From assembly GCA_963668025.2 (NCBI GenBank), contig CAXXTH010000019.1, positions 96,001 through 160,000 on the forward strand: 64,000 nt of DNA, read 5' to 3'. Each line of letters begins with the position of its first letter. Position 1 is the first letter of the stretch. The translations under genes and the position numbers were made by a program. Positions 26,857 through 37,119 of the stretch are shown piece after piece. This DNA comes from Candidatus Hydrogenedentota bacterium (GTDB taxonomy: Bacteria; Hydrogenedentota; Hydrogenedentia; Hydrogenedentales; SLHB01). The notes below the pieces were generated by a model. That model was not told the DNA's origin. It ran no database searches and saw only the letters and a program-made list of their open reading frames with translations.

Positions 26857-27615
26857 ATGGATTCGATACGGCTGAAGGAATTAATGGAATCGGTGGCGGC
26901 GGGGCAGGTCAGCCCCGGTACGGCGGTCGAGCGCCTGCGCTCGCTGCCTTTCGAGGACTTGGGCTTCGCGAAACTCGATCACCACCGCGCCTTGCGGCAG
27001 GGATTCCCAGAGACCATCTTCGCGCAAGGTAAAACACCGGAACAGGTGGCCGCCATTGTATCGCGCATGCGCGAGCACGGCAGCAATGTCCTTGCGACGC
27101 GGTGCAGCCCCGAGGCCGTGGCCGCCGTGCTGGCCGAACACCCCGACGCGGAGCATCATCCCAGCGCGAGGGCCATCCGTATTTTGGTGTCGCCGCCCAC
27201 GCCACAGCACGGATATGTGGCGGTGGCCTGTGCGGGCACGTCCGATATGCCCGTGGCCGACGAAGCGGCGTTTACCTGCGAAACATTTGGCGTGGAAGTG
27301 CGCCGCGTATATGATGTGGGCGTGGCGGGCATTCACCGCCTTTTCGAGCAGCGCGCCGTGCTCGAGCAGGCCCATGTGATCATCGTATGTGCGGGCATGG
27401 AAGGCGCGCTGCCCAGTGTCGTGGCGGGGCTGGTGGATGTGCCGGTTATCGCCGTGCCCACGAGCGTGGGATATGGGGCCAGTTTCGGCGGTGTGACGGC
27501 GCTGCTGGCCATGCTCAATTCATGCGCCACGGGGGTTTCGGTCGTGAATATTGACAACGGCTACGGCGCGGGCGCTTTGGCCGCCCTGATCAATCGTCTT
27601 GCCCAGCCATGCTAG
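26857..27615 (+). CDS. larB: Nickel-pincer cofactor biosynthesis protein LarB
   Basis: DHHRALRQGFPETIF, GTSDMPVA, DVGVAGIHRL, GMEGALPS, PTSVGYG, VVNIDNGYGA. Confidence 0.96.
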   Translation: MDSIRLKELMESVAAGQVSPGTAVERLRSLPFEDLGFAKLDHHRALRQGFPETIFAQGKTPEQVAAIVSRMREHGSNVLATRCSPEAVAAVLAEHPDAEHHPSARAIRILVSPPTPQHGYVAVACAGTSDMPVADEAAFTCETFGVEVRRVYDVGVAGIHRLFEQRAVLEQAHVIIVCAGMEGALPSVVAGLVDVPVIAVPTSVGYGASFGGVTALLAMLNSCATGVSVVNIDNGYGAGALAALINRLAQPC

Positions 27616-27639
27616 GAAGGCAAACGGAGTCCAGCTTCC

Positions 27640-28035
27640 ATGAGCCAGGTATATGTTGTTCTCACTGTTCATAGCGGCGCCCGTGCGCCGGATGAAATCA
27701 GCCGATTGGTCGGGATACAACCAGACTATGCTTGGCTGAAAGGCGAACCGCGCTCGGAAGGAGGCATCGTGGCTAAAGATAACGGCTGGGTGCTCCAATC
27801 GGGATTGGATTCGGAAGAGCCTTTTGATGTCCAATTAAATATACTGCTTGGCCGGGTATCCGTCCGGGCGAAAGAATTCCACACCTTATCGGAAGAAGAC
27901 TCGATCCAGCTTTTCTGCGCTATCTATAGCGATGCGCCCGCCGCGCCTCCTTGCGTGTTGTCGCGCGAACAAGTCGAGACCATCGCGGCATTGGGCGCGG
28001 CATTTGAATTGAATTATTACGACCTCAGTGAATGA
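27640..28035 (+). CDS. DUF4279-like hypothetical protein
   Basis: PDEISRLVGIQP..W.KGE, W.LQS, LSREQVETIAALGA pattern. Confidence 0.65.
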   Translation: MSQVYVVLTVHSGARAPDEISRLVGIQPDYAWLKGEPRSEGGIVAKDNGWVLQSGLDSEEPFDVQLNILLGRVSVRAKEFHTLSEEDSIQLFCAIYSDAPAAPPCVLSREQVETIAALGAAFELNYYDLSE

Positions 28036-28045
28036 AGGGAATGCT

Positions 28046-29233
28046 ATGAAATCCATCTATTTCGACTGCTTCAGCGGAGCCAGCGGGGATATGATTGTGG
28101 GTGCGCTCATAGATGCTGGCGCCGATTTCGAGGCGCTGCGCGCGGCGCTGGCGACACTGGGCGTGCAAGGATATGCGTTGCGCGCCGAAAAAATTATGAA
28201 AAAGGGCATCCGCGCCACGCAGTTTTATGTAGATGTGGACGAGAGCACCCCACAGCCGCACCGGCATTTGCGCCATGTGCTCGAGATCATTCACGCGGGC
28301 GTGTTACCGGAATCCGTTAAAGCCGCCGCCGAACATACCTTCCAGCGCATCGCCGAGGCGGAGGCCTCCGTCCATGGAACCACCATCGAGAAAGTCCATT
28401 TTCATGAAGTGGGAGCCGTGGACTCGATCATGGATGTGGTGGGCGCGCATATGGCGCTGCACTTGCTGGGAGCGGAACGCATAACGGCGTCGCCATTGCC
28501 GCTGGGTTCAGGAACTGTCCGATGCGCCCACGGCGTCATGCCCGTGCCCGTGCCCGCCACCGCACTGCTCGTGCAGGGAGCCCCTACTTACGGGGGGGAC
28601 ACTGAAGGTGAACTTGTTACTCCCACCGGTGCTGCGCTGATCACGGATATCGCCCAATCCTATGGCTCGACGCCCGCTATGCGCATCACCGCCGTGGGCT
28701 ATGGCAGCGGCGCACGGGACTATCCGGACCGCGCGAATGTATTGCGCGTGCTGATTGGCGAAACCGATGCGGCGCTTGAACAGGAAACCATCGCGGTCCT
28801 CGAGGCCAATGTGGACGATATGACTCCAGAGCTGATCGCCCCGTTTTTGGTGGACGCCCTGAAAGCGGGAGCCCGCGATGCATTTACTTCGCCGATCTAT
28901 GGCAAGAAAGGAAGGCCTGGCCATCTGCTGACCGTTCTTTGCAGCGAGGACAGGGTTTCAGATATGGTGTCGCTCATGCTCCACGCCACGACCACGTTTG
29001 GCGTGCGGATTCACATGGAGCAGCGCACATGCCTTCATCGCGAATGGAAAACCGCCCAGACGCCCTGGGGCGAAGTGCGCGTGAAAATTGGATATCTCAA
29101 CGGCGCGCCCATACGGCGCTCGCCGGAATTCGAGGATTGCCGCGCCGTAGCTGAATCCGCAGGCGTGCTGGTGTTGGCGGTATATGAAGCCGCTCTCGCG
29201 TCGGCAATTCGCGGGGAAGTGTACAATGCCTAA
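28046..29233 (+). CDS. larC: Nickel insertion protein LarC
   Basis: YFDCFSGASGDM, VHFHEVGAVDS, CAHGVMPVPVPAT, TPTGAA, NVDDM, KKGRP, PEFEDC. Confidence 0.96.
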   Translation: MKSIYFDCFSGASGDMIVGALIDAGADFEALRAALATLGVQGYALRAEKIMKKGIRATQFYVDVDESTPQPHRHLRHVLEIIHAGVLPESVKAAAEHTFQRIAEAEASVHGTTIEKVHFHEVGAVDSIMDVVGAHMALHLLGAERITASPLPLGSGTVRCAHGVMPVPVPATALLVQGAPTYGGDTEGELVTPTGAALITDIAQSYGSTPAMRITAVGYGSGARDYPDRANVLRVLIGETDAALEQETIAVLEANVDDMTPELIAPFLVDALKAGARDAFTSPIYGKKGRPGHLLTVLCSEDRVSDMVSLMLHATTTFGVRIHMEQRTCLHREWKTAQTPWGEVRVKIGYLNGAPIRRSPEFEDCRAVAESAGVLVLAVYEAALASAIRGEVYNA

Positions 29234-29717
29234 CCGAGTCGCTATCTATCCAGGCAGTTTTGATCCACCGACCTATGGCCACCTTGACCTGATCGAGCGC
29301 GCATCACGCCTCTTCGAACATCTGATTGTCGCCGTGGCGCGCAACAACGAGAAAGCGGCTCTGTTCTCCGTGGACGAGCGCATCGAGATGATCGAAGCCA
29401 TCACCAAAGATCAACCCAAGGTGGAAATCACCTCTTTCGAAGGCCTCACCGCCGAGTATGCCAAGACCCGTAATGTCCATGCCCTCGTACGAGGCCTGCG
29501 CGCGATTTCGGACTTCGAGTATGAGATGAGCATGGCCATCACCAACCAAAAGATCAATCCGAATATCGACACGGTGTGCCTGATGCCCAGTGAAAAATAT
29601 CTCTTTCTCAGTTCGCGTGTCGTGCGCGACATTGCCCGCTATGGCGGCGATCTCAAAGACTTCGTCCCGCCTATCGTGGCTGAACGGTTGCAGAAAAAAC
29701 TGCTGCAAAAGGATTAA
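29226..29717 (+). CDS. coaD: Phosphopantetheine adenylyltransferase
   Basis: IYPGSFDPPTYGH, VRGLRAISDFEYE, LSS. Confidence 0.97.
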   Translation: MPNRVAIYPGSFDPPTYGHLDLIERASRLFEHLIVAVARNNEKAALFSVDERIEMIEAITKDQPKVEITSFEGLTAEYAKTRNVHALVRGLRAISDFEYEMSMAITNQKINPNIDTVCLMPSEKYLFLSSRVVRDIARYGGDLKDFVPPIVAERLQKKLLQKD

Positions 29718-29999
29718 TTGCATTTGATATTTGATGAAACTGAGGCCAAATAGCTTAGTTTTGGACCACTGCATATGCCAAAATTGATTAGATAAAGGAT
29801 GTATGTTGCCAAAAAAACGAGCTCTACTGGCTATGTCGATTGTTTGGGCGCATTCCCTGAATGGTGGGGCAAGCTCCACCCCTGGAGTTTCTACCTTTTT
29901 TGGGCGAGGTGGACACGCTTTTTCTCTTGCCATCGCACAGCTTATCGTCTTTGTCGTAGCTTCCCTTTCGCCGAATAGGCCGGTCATTTAAAATATATA

Positions 30000-30028
30000 T
30001 TGACATACCGACTCGTTTGTGCTACAAT
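30000..30028 (+). promoter_or_regulatory. Sigma70-type promoter of the HTH-transposase unit
   Basis: TTGACA-17 bp-TACAAT followed by an AGGAGG RBS. Confidence 0.7.
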
Positions 30029-30057
30029 CTTGTTGGCTAGGCAGGAGGGCAGCGCCA

Positions 30058-30392
30058 TGAATGACGAATTGCGTGACACGATCCTAGAGGCTATGGAAAA
30101 AGGGCTTGAGGCGCAGCTTCGGGCGGTGCGCCGTCTGCGTAAGGGGGAAGAATCCAGGGAGGAGCCACGACCCAGAACAAGTATGTCGCAAGTAGATATG
30201 GCATATGACATACTCTTGAGGGCCGCTCATCCCCTTCATGTCAATGAGATCCTGAGTCGCATTCATGCGGTCTTCGGCATTACGGTGGACCGGGAAAGCC
30301 TGGTGTCTTCCCTCACCAAAAAGGTGGCTCGGGAAGACCGCTTTGTCCGCGCGGACAAGAACACCTTCGGACTCAAAGGAGGCAAGCGATGA
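30058..30392 (+). CDS. Winged-HTH protein coupled to a transposase
   Basis: AYDILLRAAHPLHVNEIL...DRESLVSSLTK...FVRADKNTFGL; ATGA overlap with the transposase. Confidence 0.75.
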
Positions 30393-30947
30393 GTCTTTTA
30401 CACGAATGGCTCAACGTTACCGAGCGCTGGCGCGATGCTTTTGCCCAAGAGCGCACCACCGTGCGTGCGGTGCGGCAGGGACTTGGGTCACTGGTCTGTT
30501 TGGGGCGGCGCACAATCACGCGGACCCTTTGGGCCTGTGGTCGCGAGAATCTGCAGTGGCAGGCTGAATACCACATGTACGGCCGCGCCAAGTGGGACCC
30601 CCAGCAGCTCTTCGACCCTATTTGGGAAGGAGCCCTGCCCCAGTGTGAAGACCCGCTTGTAGGCGTCGCCGTCGATGATACCAAGCTGCACAAGACCGGC
30701 CGGTGCATTGTCCAGGCTTTTCATCAGCGCGACCCCCTGTCCCCGCCGTTCCACACCAATCTCATTCTGGGCCTGCGTTTCCTGCAGGCCTCCCTTCTCG
30801 TACCGCTTCACCAAGGCGGCGCCTTTAGTTGCCGCGCCTTGCCCGTGCGTTTCGAGGAGCCTTCCCCCGCCAAGAAGCCTGGCAAGCGCGCAAGCGAGGA
30901 GGAGTGGATGGCGTACAAGCAGCGCCGTAAAGAGAAGAACCTTTCAA
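30389..30947 (+). pseudogene. IS701/IS4-superfamily transposase truncated by IS1380
   Basis: VAVDDTKLHKTG first DDE motif; the frame ends at the IS1380 terminus. Confidence 0.8.
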
Positions 30948-32639
30948 CCTAAAAAAGGCAGTAGGAGCTTGCTTTGGGATTTTTCCAGCCCAATTTTGTA
31001 AAGAAATAACTGTCCTGGCCCGCTCTTTACGTTGGCGCCGACAGCAGGTTGGGGGTGGCCAGCGGCCTTCCCTCGAGTATTTTGGCGAAGATCCGGCTGA
31101 GGATCGTCCGCCATCGTTCGTTCCAGTTCAACTGCCGCGCAGTTGCTTTCACCTCCAATAAAAAGGCGTTTACGGATTTCAGAACTTGTTCCATAGCATG
31201 TCCTTGCGCATGCACGGGGGTGATGGTGAGCGTGGTTTGGCCTCCGTGGCGGGTCTGCTGTCCCACACCATACAGCAGCAGAGGGCGGCTTGTGATCGCT
31301 TCGGCGTGGCGCTCCGGAATCGCCAAGCGCACGTACAAAGACCACCAATTGTAAATCAGGGCTATGATTCGCGCCATGATTTGGCAGCGCTTCATATCGT
31401 GGGTGGTATACCCGCCCCACCCCCACTGGTTTTTCTGTTCATCGTAGATGTTTTCCGCATCGCCCCGGTCGCGATAATGCTGGGCCAAGGCCGATAGGGG
31501 GTCTGTCAGCGAAGTGGCCAGCAGCGCGTATTCATACTGCTGCACGGCTCCCGCTTGGATCTCGATGAGCTGTAGTTGGGGGGAGGGGTCAGGCAATAGC
31601 GGCTCCGTTTCCAGAACGATACTCCCTTTGAGCTTGCGCCGCAGAACGATTACCCGGCGTTTGCTCGTCCATCCCATAAGCTCCAGACGGTCTTCCAAAC
31701 CTTCCCAGCCTTGGCCTGCTGGCGTCCAGTCCTTAGAACAAAAGGCCTGCTGGATAAGCCGTTTCACGTTGCTGGTCTGCCGCAATTTGAACAGATAGGG
31801 CACTCCGCGCGCTTCGGCTTCGCTCATGTCGCGTTCGTTGCCGAAGGCGCAGTCGCCGCGAATCATGCCCGGCCAGGCCGCGCGCGGCAAGCCATCGAGA
31901 AAATGCCACAATCCAGGCATGGTGTATTTCGCCGCCGTCTCGTTGCCCGGCCGGACTTCCACGTCCAGCACCAAGCGCGTGTTCGCCATAAAATAGGTAT
32001 GCAGCACATGAGAAGGACGGCCCTGTTTCGCCGGATTGTAGCCCAGCACGGCCCCTTCTTGATGGCCGAACAGGGGCTTCACGCTTGTATCCACGTCCAA
32101 AATCCAAGGCTCATAAAGCAACGGCTCATAACAGCGGCGCAGGTGCTTCTGTAGCCAGCCCGCGCAGGCTTCCCCGTCCGCCAGTATAAATGCCCGCCGC
32201 GCCGAGGAGGCGCTCATGATCTTGCTCATACCCAGCAAGCCCGGGTTCACCGCGTCGTAACGGACCGCGTCAATGTGCGCATAGCGGGTGTGGCCCGCCA
32301 GCACTGATAAAAATAGCGTGCCCAGCACATCCCTCTTGCGCGGCGCATTATTGCTGGCGTACGCCAGCGGACAGTCCTCCACCCACGCTTCAAAAAGCTC
32401 CGCCGTCTTGAGGAAATCGATAAAGAACGCCAACTGGCCAAACGGCGTCGTTGCCGCCTCCCGGTCCCATTCCACATGCACCCGGCCCCCGTAGCTATCT
32501 ACGAAAATCGGCGCCTCCAAAGACAACCATTCCTCCTCTCCCAATGGGGGAGCATCTTGCTGTTGCGATTCTGTTTCCATGTTCTTTATCTTGAACTACT
32601 TCCTGCTCGACACTCAAGATTCAACTGGCGTTTTTAGGG
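30948..32639 (-). mobile_element. IS1380-family element, copy 1 (1692 bp)
   Basis: Ends CCTAAAAAAGGCAGT / AACTGGCGTTTTTAGGG; near-identical to 46032-47723. Confidence 0.9.
31027..32580 (-). CDS. IS1380-family DDE transposase
   Basis: LDVDTS..FGHQEGAVLGYNP, RGDCAFG, YRDRGDAENIYDEQK, ALIYNW. Confidence 0.92.
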   Translation of the reverse strand: METESQQQDAPPLGEEEWLSLEAPIFVDSYGGRVHVEWDREAATTPFGQLAFFIDFLKTAELFEAWVEDCPLAYASNNAPRKRDVLGTLFLSVLAGHTRYAHIDAVRYDAVNPGLLGMSKIMSASSARRAFILADGEACAGWLQKHLRRCYEPLLYEPWILDVDTSVKPLFGHQEGAVLGYNPAKQGRPSHVLHTYFMANTRLVLDVEVRPGNETAAKYTMPGLWHFLDGLPRAAWPGMIRGDCAFGNERDMSEAEARGVPYLFKLRQTSNVKRLIQQAFCSKDWTPAGQGWEGLEDRLELMGWTSKRRVIVLRRKLKGSIVLETEPLLPDPSPQLQLIEIQAGAVQQYEYALLATSLTDPLSALAQHYRDRGDAENIYDEQKNQWGWGGYTTHDMKRCQIMARIIALIYNWWSLYVRLAIPERHAEAITSRPLLLYGVGQQTRHGGQTTLTITPVHAQGHAMEQVLKSVNAFLLEVKATARQLNWNERWRTILSRIFAKILEGRPLATPNLLSAPT

Positions 32640-32711
32640 TGATACATCATTTTGCGTCCAACGACCGGCGCCCTCGCCGGTCATTCTTCACCACTTGGCT
32701 AAAGTGTTGCC
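32640..32711. mobile_element. Partial MITE (GTAACACTTTAGCC family) cut by IS1380
   Basis: Reverse complement matches the left half of 55092-55230. Confidence 0.7.
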
Positions 32712-32717
32712 AAAAAT

Positions 32718-32756
32718 AAAACCGGGGAAGCCTCATTTCTGGGCTTCCCCGGTTTT
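32718..32756 (-). terminator. Intrinsic terminator, probably bidirectional
   Basis: AAAACCGGGGAAGCC...GGCTTCCCCGGTTTT just after the stop at 32776. Confidence 0.8.
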
Positions 32757-32775
32757 TACATATTCGTGGAATGGC

Positions 32776-34482
32776 TTATAGGGAATCGAATACGCGCTGG
32801 CCTTCCGTTTTATCTTCCACCATGGTCTGGTTCTGCGCGAGCACTTGGATCTTGGCCTCGAAATCGGGCACGCGCTGGGAGATGAGCGTTTCCTCGATAC
32901 GCTTCTTGAGTTCGGGGGTCAGGTCTTCCCGGAACTGGTATTGAGGCACGGTATTCGTCGCGACATTCTCATACACGCCGACATGCGCGCCATCGATGGT
33001 GCGGTAATAGACGCTCCAATTGCCGTTCATGACGCACTCGGCCCACATGTCCACCGGGACGTCAAAGCGGTCTTTCGTGGGAATTTTCGCGAAGAAGTAA
33101 TCGCGGGAAGCGGAGATCTCGATTTCTTTCGCGACCAGGTCCGCGTATTCTTGCATGAGCTGCGGGTCCACCCATTGAGCCGCTTTCACTTTAGCGAGCA
33201 GGGCGTCCACCGTCGAAACGCGGGCGTCATGGCTGAATTTCTCGGGGGTCAAGGGAAGGCCGTCACGGATCTGAATCGACAGGACGCTGACCGCATGCTC
33301 CAAGGCGTTCTTGGTGTCCATGCGCCGGACATCGGCTTCTTGAAGTTTGCCGACTTCACCCTCGAGGCGGTCGGTCTCGGAGAGCATGCCATCGCGGCGG
33401 GCCTGCCAGATCGAGGTCTGGTTGAGGAGATCCTCGTAGTCTTTCTCGGCGCGGAGATATTCGTCTTTCTTCGTGGCAAGCTGGCGTTCGACTTCATCCA
33501 AGGCTTCTTTATTGGTGGTGACGTCTTCTTCCAGCTTGGTCTTTTGCGCATTCAGGTCTTGGATCTCTTGCTGCATTTTCGCTATTTGCTCAAGACTGAT
33601 CTGTCCGCCATCAATATCCTTAGGTATTCCCTCATCGATAATCTTCTTTTGCTGCGCGACCGTGGATTCCAGTTGAGCGATCTGGTCGCTCAAGTCCTTG
33701 TTCTCGACCTGCCATGGGTTCATAGGCATGAACCCAAGGCCCCATTCTTTCGTGGCCTTGGGGCCAAGAAGGAGGCCGAGGGCGAGCGCGACGATGACCA
33801 GGACCACGGTGACCAGAATGCTCGAGCCGCCGCCGCCACCACCGCCTCGGGGTGCGCCCGCAGCCATGCCCATCCCCATGCCCATGGGTGAAGGGGTGGC
33901 AGGCTGGGTGGGCACCGCCGTATCTGGAGAGAAATCGGGAACGGGGGTGCCGCCTTCGAAGTTGAAGCCGCCGAAATCTCCGCCGCCGCCAAACGCATCC
34001 CCATCGAATCCGCCGGGTTGCTGCTGGCCGCTGGGCCGCCCTTGATTCGCCCCTCCGAACATAGGTGTCTCCATGGCTTGTGTCGGTGTGGAAGTGCCGA
34101 CTCCCTGGCCTACCCCACTGCCGCCGCCAAAGGCGCTATCGAACAGGGGCGTTTCAAAATCCGAGTTTGGGCCGGGCCCTAACGCGGGGGTTTCTGGGGA
34201 AAAATCGCTATCCGCGGCGGCTCCGGGGAAACTCCCGGCGCCAAAATCCGAGATGGGGGTGTCGAAATCGGATCTACGGGATTCGAGGTTTGATGGAGGG
34301 GGCTTAATGGCGCCGCCAGTGGGTACAGGAACCTCGACATTGATGTCACTGATGGGAGGAAGCCCGCTGATTGGGCCATCCTCTTCGTCCTTTCCGCCGG
34401 ACGTATCGAAATCGCCTAGCGGGGGGAGATTCCCGAAATCGCTATCGTGCGATTCATCCCCCTTTTTTTTCTCACCAGCCAT
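32776..34482 (-). CDS. Membrane-anchored coiled-coil hypothetical protein with a low-complexity N-terminus
   Basis: Gly/Pro/Asp/Phe-rich N-terminal region, one TM helix, long heptad region; probable start MAGEKKK. Confidence 0.75.
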   Translation of the reverse strand: MAGEKKKGDESHDSDFGNLPPLGDFDTSGGKDEEDGPISGLPPISDINVEVPVPTGGAIKPPPSNLESRRSDFDTPISDFGAGSFPGAAADSDFSPETPALGPGPNSDFETPLFDSAFGGGSGVGQGVGTSTPTQAMETPMFGGANQGRPSGQQQPGGFDGDAFGGGGDFGGFNFEGGTPVPDFSPDTAVPTQPATPSPMGMGMGMAAGAPRGGGGGGGSSILVTVVLVIVALALGLLLGPKATKEWGLGFMPMNPWQVENKDLSDQIAQLESTVAQQKKIIDEGIPKDIDGGQISLEQIAKMQQEIQDLNAQKTKLEEDVTTNKEALDEVERQLATKKDEYLRAEKDYEDLLNQTSIWQARRDGMLSETDRLEGEVGKLQEADVRRMDTKNALEHAVSVLSIQIRDGLPLTPEKFSHDARVSTVDALLAKVKAAQWVDPQLMQEYADLVAKEIEISASRDYFFAKIPTKDRFDVPVDMWAECVMNGNWSVYYRTIDGAHVGVYENVATNTVPQYQFREDLTPELKKRIEETLISQRVPDFEAKIQVLAQNQTMVEDKTEGQRVFDSL

Positions 34483-34702
34483 GCGCACAAACCTCCATGC
34501 TTGGATATCAAACAATACAAAGCTTTTCACCCAGTTTAAGTCGCATTCTAGCATGCAACCTGGGCGCAGTCAAGAAAATCCCCAGCCCTTATTCCGCCTC
34601 GCAATCGGGGCGGGAACCGCGTAAATATAGGGTGCAAGCCTTTCTGTTGCAGCGCTATCCGGGCTTGCCCCCTTTGTTTCGAGTGGTGTGTAAAATGCGA
34701 AA

Positions 34703-36379
34703 TCAGCCAACGGCTCCCCCTCGGCCGCGCATGCGGTCCACCTGCGGTTTCAACGCGGGATTCAATTGGACGGCGCGGTCGAGAAGCGGCTGAATGCGGT
34801 TTGTATCGCCCATGGCCCGGTAACAATGGGCCAGCCCCAATGCGGCTTCGGCCAGCATGGCGCTATTGTTTGGGGTGGGCGCTTGTTTTAAGGCTCCTTC
34901 AAACTGGCGTGCAGCCATATCGAATTGTTGTTCTTGGGCGGAGATGCGGCCAAGCGAGAGCAAGGATTCGAGTTCATCGCCGCCCATTTCCTCTGGGGCT
35001 TGCCCCGCCTTGCGTTTTGCTTCATAGAACACCAGCACGCGTTCGTATTCCCGGCGCGCTCCTGGCCGGTTATGCAGGATGTCCTCGTAGGTGACGGCCA
35101 GGTTGAAATGGACGCGCACGGCGTCCGGGCTTTTCGAGAGGGTATCGAGGAAGAGGGTTTCGTTATTCCGCCAATCCTGATTCCGCGCCGCCGTGAATGC
35201 GATGCACGCCACGCAGGCGGCAGCCACCAGCCCTATCGCGATGCCGCTCGTGGACGTGCGGCGGCTGGCGGCGAACCATATGATCTCCGCCAGGGCCCAT
35301 AGGAAGCCGATCATGGGCATGTATAGCCAATGCTCGGCCAGCGGGGCATTGAGCGGGAAAATTCCCGAAATAGGCAGCCAGGCCGCTAAAAACCATCCCA
35401 TGGCGCAGACCAGCCGGTAGCGCCGCGTGCGCCATCCCCAGCCAATGCCGCCCGCGCATGCCAGCAGCAATACGCCTCCGATGGCGGCATGCCATCCGGG
35501 AACGCCTTCGAGCGTCCGCTCCATATGCAGGCCGGTAGGAATAAACAGCAGGCGGATGTAGATGCTAAAGGATTGAAGCGCTTGTACGGCGCGCGCCAGG
35601 AGAGGCGCGGCGTTTGCGGCCCCGCCTTCTCCAAAATGAAGGATAGTCATGCGCAATAAGGCATAGAACGCCGTGGCGGCTACAGCCGCCACCAGCGGTG
35701 CGGCTCTCCGCATTCGGTGAAGCGGAGCCGGTGAGCCGTCATCGCGGTGTGGCGCGGCGGCTAACACGAACAGCAAGAGCACGGGATAAATCAGCGCGGA
35801 TTCTTTACTGAGCAGTGCGGCGATAAAGCACAGCGTGCCGCATAGGAGGCCTGCCAGCCGCTGGCGCGGGCCGTTTTCCCATAAAGCGAACCAAAGGCCC
35901 GCCAGCATAAACGCACCCGCCATCGAATCGCCCCGTCCGCTGATATAGGTGACCGCCTCGGTATGAAGCGGATGGACCGCGAAAAGGAGCGGAGCGGCCA
36001 GGCATGCGAACCGGGGCGCTTGCATGCGCAGTAGCAGGGCCAAAAACAGCAGCGCCGCCGCGATGTGCCAGGCGATGCTGGATACATGGAACACAAGCGG
36101 GCTGGGAGCCGCGTCCGGAGCGGGTCGCGATAGGGCGTAATCCAGCATGAACGAAGCGGCGAGGAGGGGGCGGTAGAAATTCCCCTGGCCGCGGCCATAC
36201 GCATGGAGATCCTCGCGGAAAAGCTGGAAGAATTGCGACGGATCTTGCACATGCTGATGAATCAGGATCGACGACGCGTCATCCCAGACAAACTCGTTGC
36301 GCAAGCTATTGGCATATGCGAGGATGCCAGCCGCTACGATGGCGGTTGCGGCGAACCATCGAAACTGTCGCTCGCTCAT
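34703..36379 (-). CDS. GT-C family (TMTC-like) membrane glycosyltransferase with TPRs
   Basis: EFVWDD, FYRPL, HPLHTEAVTYISGR, LSKESA, AEHWLYMP; C-terminal TPRs. Confidence 0.88.
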   Translation of the reverse strand: MSERQFRWFAATAIVAAGILAYANSLRNEFVWDDASSILIHQHVQDPSQFFQLFREDLHAYGRGQGNFYRPLLAASFMLDYALSRPAPDAAPSPLVFHVSSIAWHIAAALLFLALLLRMQAPRFACLAAPLLFAVHPLHTEAVTYISGRGDSMAGAFMLAGLWFALWENGPRQRLAGLLCGTLCFIAALLSKESALIYPVLLLFVLAAAPHRDDGSPAPLHRMRRAAPLVAAVAATAFYALLRMTILHFGEGGAANAAPLLARAVQALQSFSIYIRLLFIPTGLHMERTLEGVPGWHAAIGGVLLLACAGGIGWGWRTRRYRLVCAMGWFLAAWLPISGIFPLNAPLAEHWLYMPMIGFLWALAEIIWFAASRRTSTSGIAIGLVAAACVACIAFTAARNQDWRNNETLFLDTLSKSPDAVRVHFNLAVTYEDILHNRPGARREYERVLVFYEAKRKAGQAPEEMGGDELESLLSLGRISAQEQQFDMAARQFEGALKQAPTPNNSAMLAEAALGLAHCYRAMGDTNRIQPLLDRAVQLNPALKPQVDRMRGRGGAVG

Positions 36380-36401
36380 GAGCCTCGCGCTTCCTGTTTA
36401 G

Positions 36402-37079
36402 TCATCGCATTACTTGGAAGGTGTCGCCTGTGGCGAGGTAACGCAATCCAACGCCCCGCCGCTTGCCGATGACCTCCTCGAACCGGAGTCCATCAAACTC
36501 ACTCCCTTCCCGTATTTGCTCCCGTTTGGTTTCCCCGGTTTCTGGAATGCGCACTTCGAGCTGGGCGTACGTGATCTCTTTGGGCGGCGTGACGCTATCG
36601 TCTTTTTCCATGTAAAATCCGAGGACACGCACTACCGGCCGGTTATTATGCAGTTTCGCCCATTCGCGGTAGCGATCGATAATGCCTTTATCGGACCCCA
36701 GCACATCGAGCAGATCGGTCGTCAGCAACACCACGGCGGCGTTTTGGGCTTCCCGGGCGGTGCGCATGCGCGTATCCAGGTCTTGCATGACCTTCTCGAT
36801 GGCGGCTTTGCCATTAGGCTCCGCCTCGCTCTTCGTTTTCCAATCTCCTAAATATTTGAGGAGCTGGGCATGGCCTTCCGGCGACACCAAGAATTGCAGC
36901 GGCGTTCCTGGCGGAATGATCTCGAGCAACTGCAAGCTTTGCAGGGCCTCCGAGACCATTTGGTCCACCGATACAGGAGGGGGCGTAGTCTCCGGCGGCT
37001 TTTCCTCTTTTTTCTCTTCTTTACAGCCAGCCACGGTGAGCGCCAACATGATGCACGCCAGAACAAGTCGAGTCCACAT
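36402..37079 (-). CDS. Hypothetical lipoprotein (paralog of the next gene)
   Basis: Lipobox VAGC; shared C-terminus EEVIGKRRGVGLRYLATGDTFQVMR. Confidence 0.8.
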   Translation of the reverse strand: MWTRLVLACIMLALTVAGCKEEKKEEKPPETTPPPVSVDQMVSEALQSLQLLEIIPPGTPLQFLVSPEGHAQLLKYLGDWKTKSEAEPNGKAAIEKVMQDLDTRMRTAREAQNAAVVLLTTDLLDVLGSDKGIIDRYREWAKLHNNRPVVRVLGFYMEKDDSVTPPKEITYAQLEVRIPETGETKREQIREGSEFDGLRFEEVIGKRRGVGLRYLATGDTFQVMR

Positions 37080-37119
37080 AGGGTTGGGCCTTTCGTATAT
37101 GGTGCGAATTTCCGGTTTT

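Noticed and set aside
26857-29233. larB-larC as a novel pathway
   Set aside because: These are known nickel-pincer cofactor genes; larE and larA are commonly encoded elsewhere.
32845-33891. Long antisense ORFs (also 62110-63180, 24860-25819, 13311-14186)
   Set aside because: Shadow frames opposite well-supported genes in GC-rich DNA.
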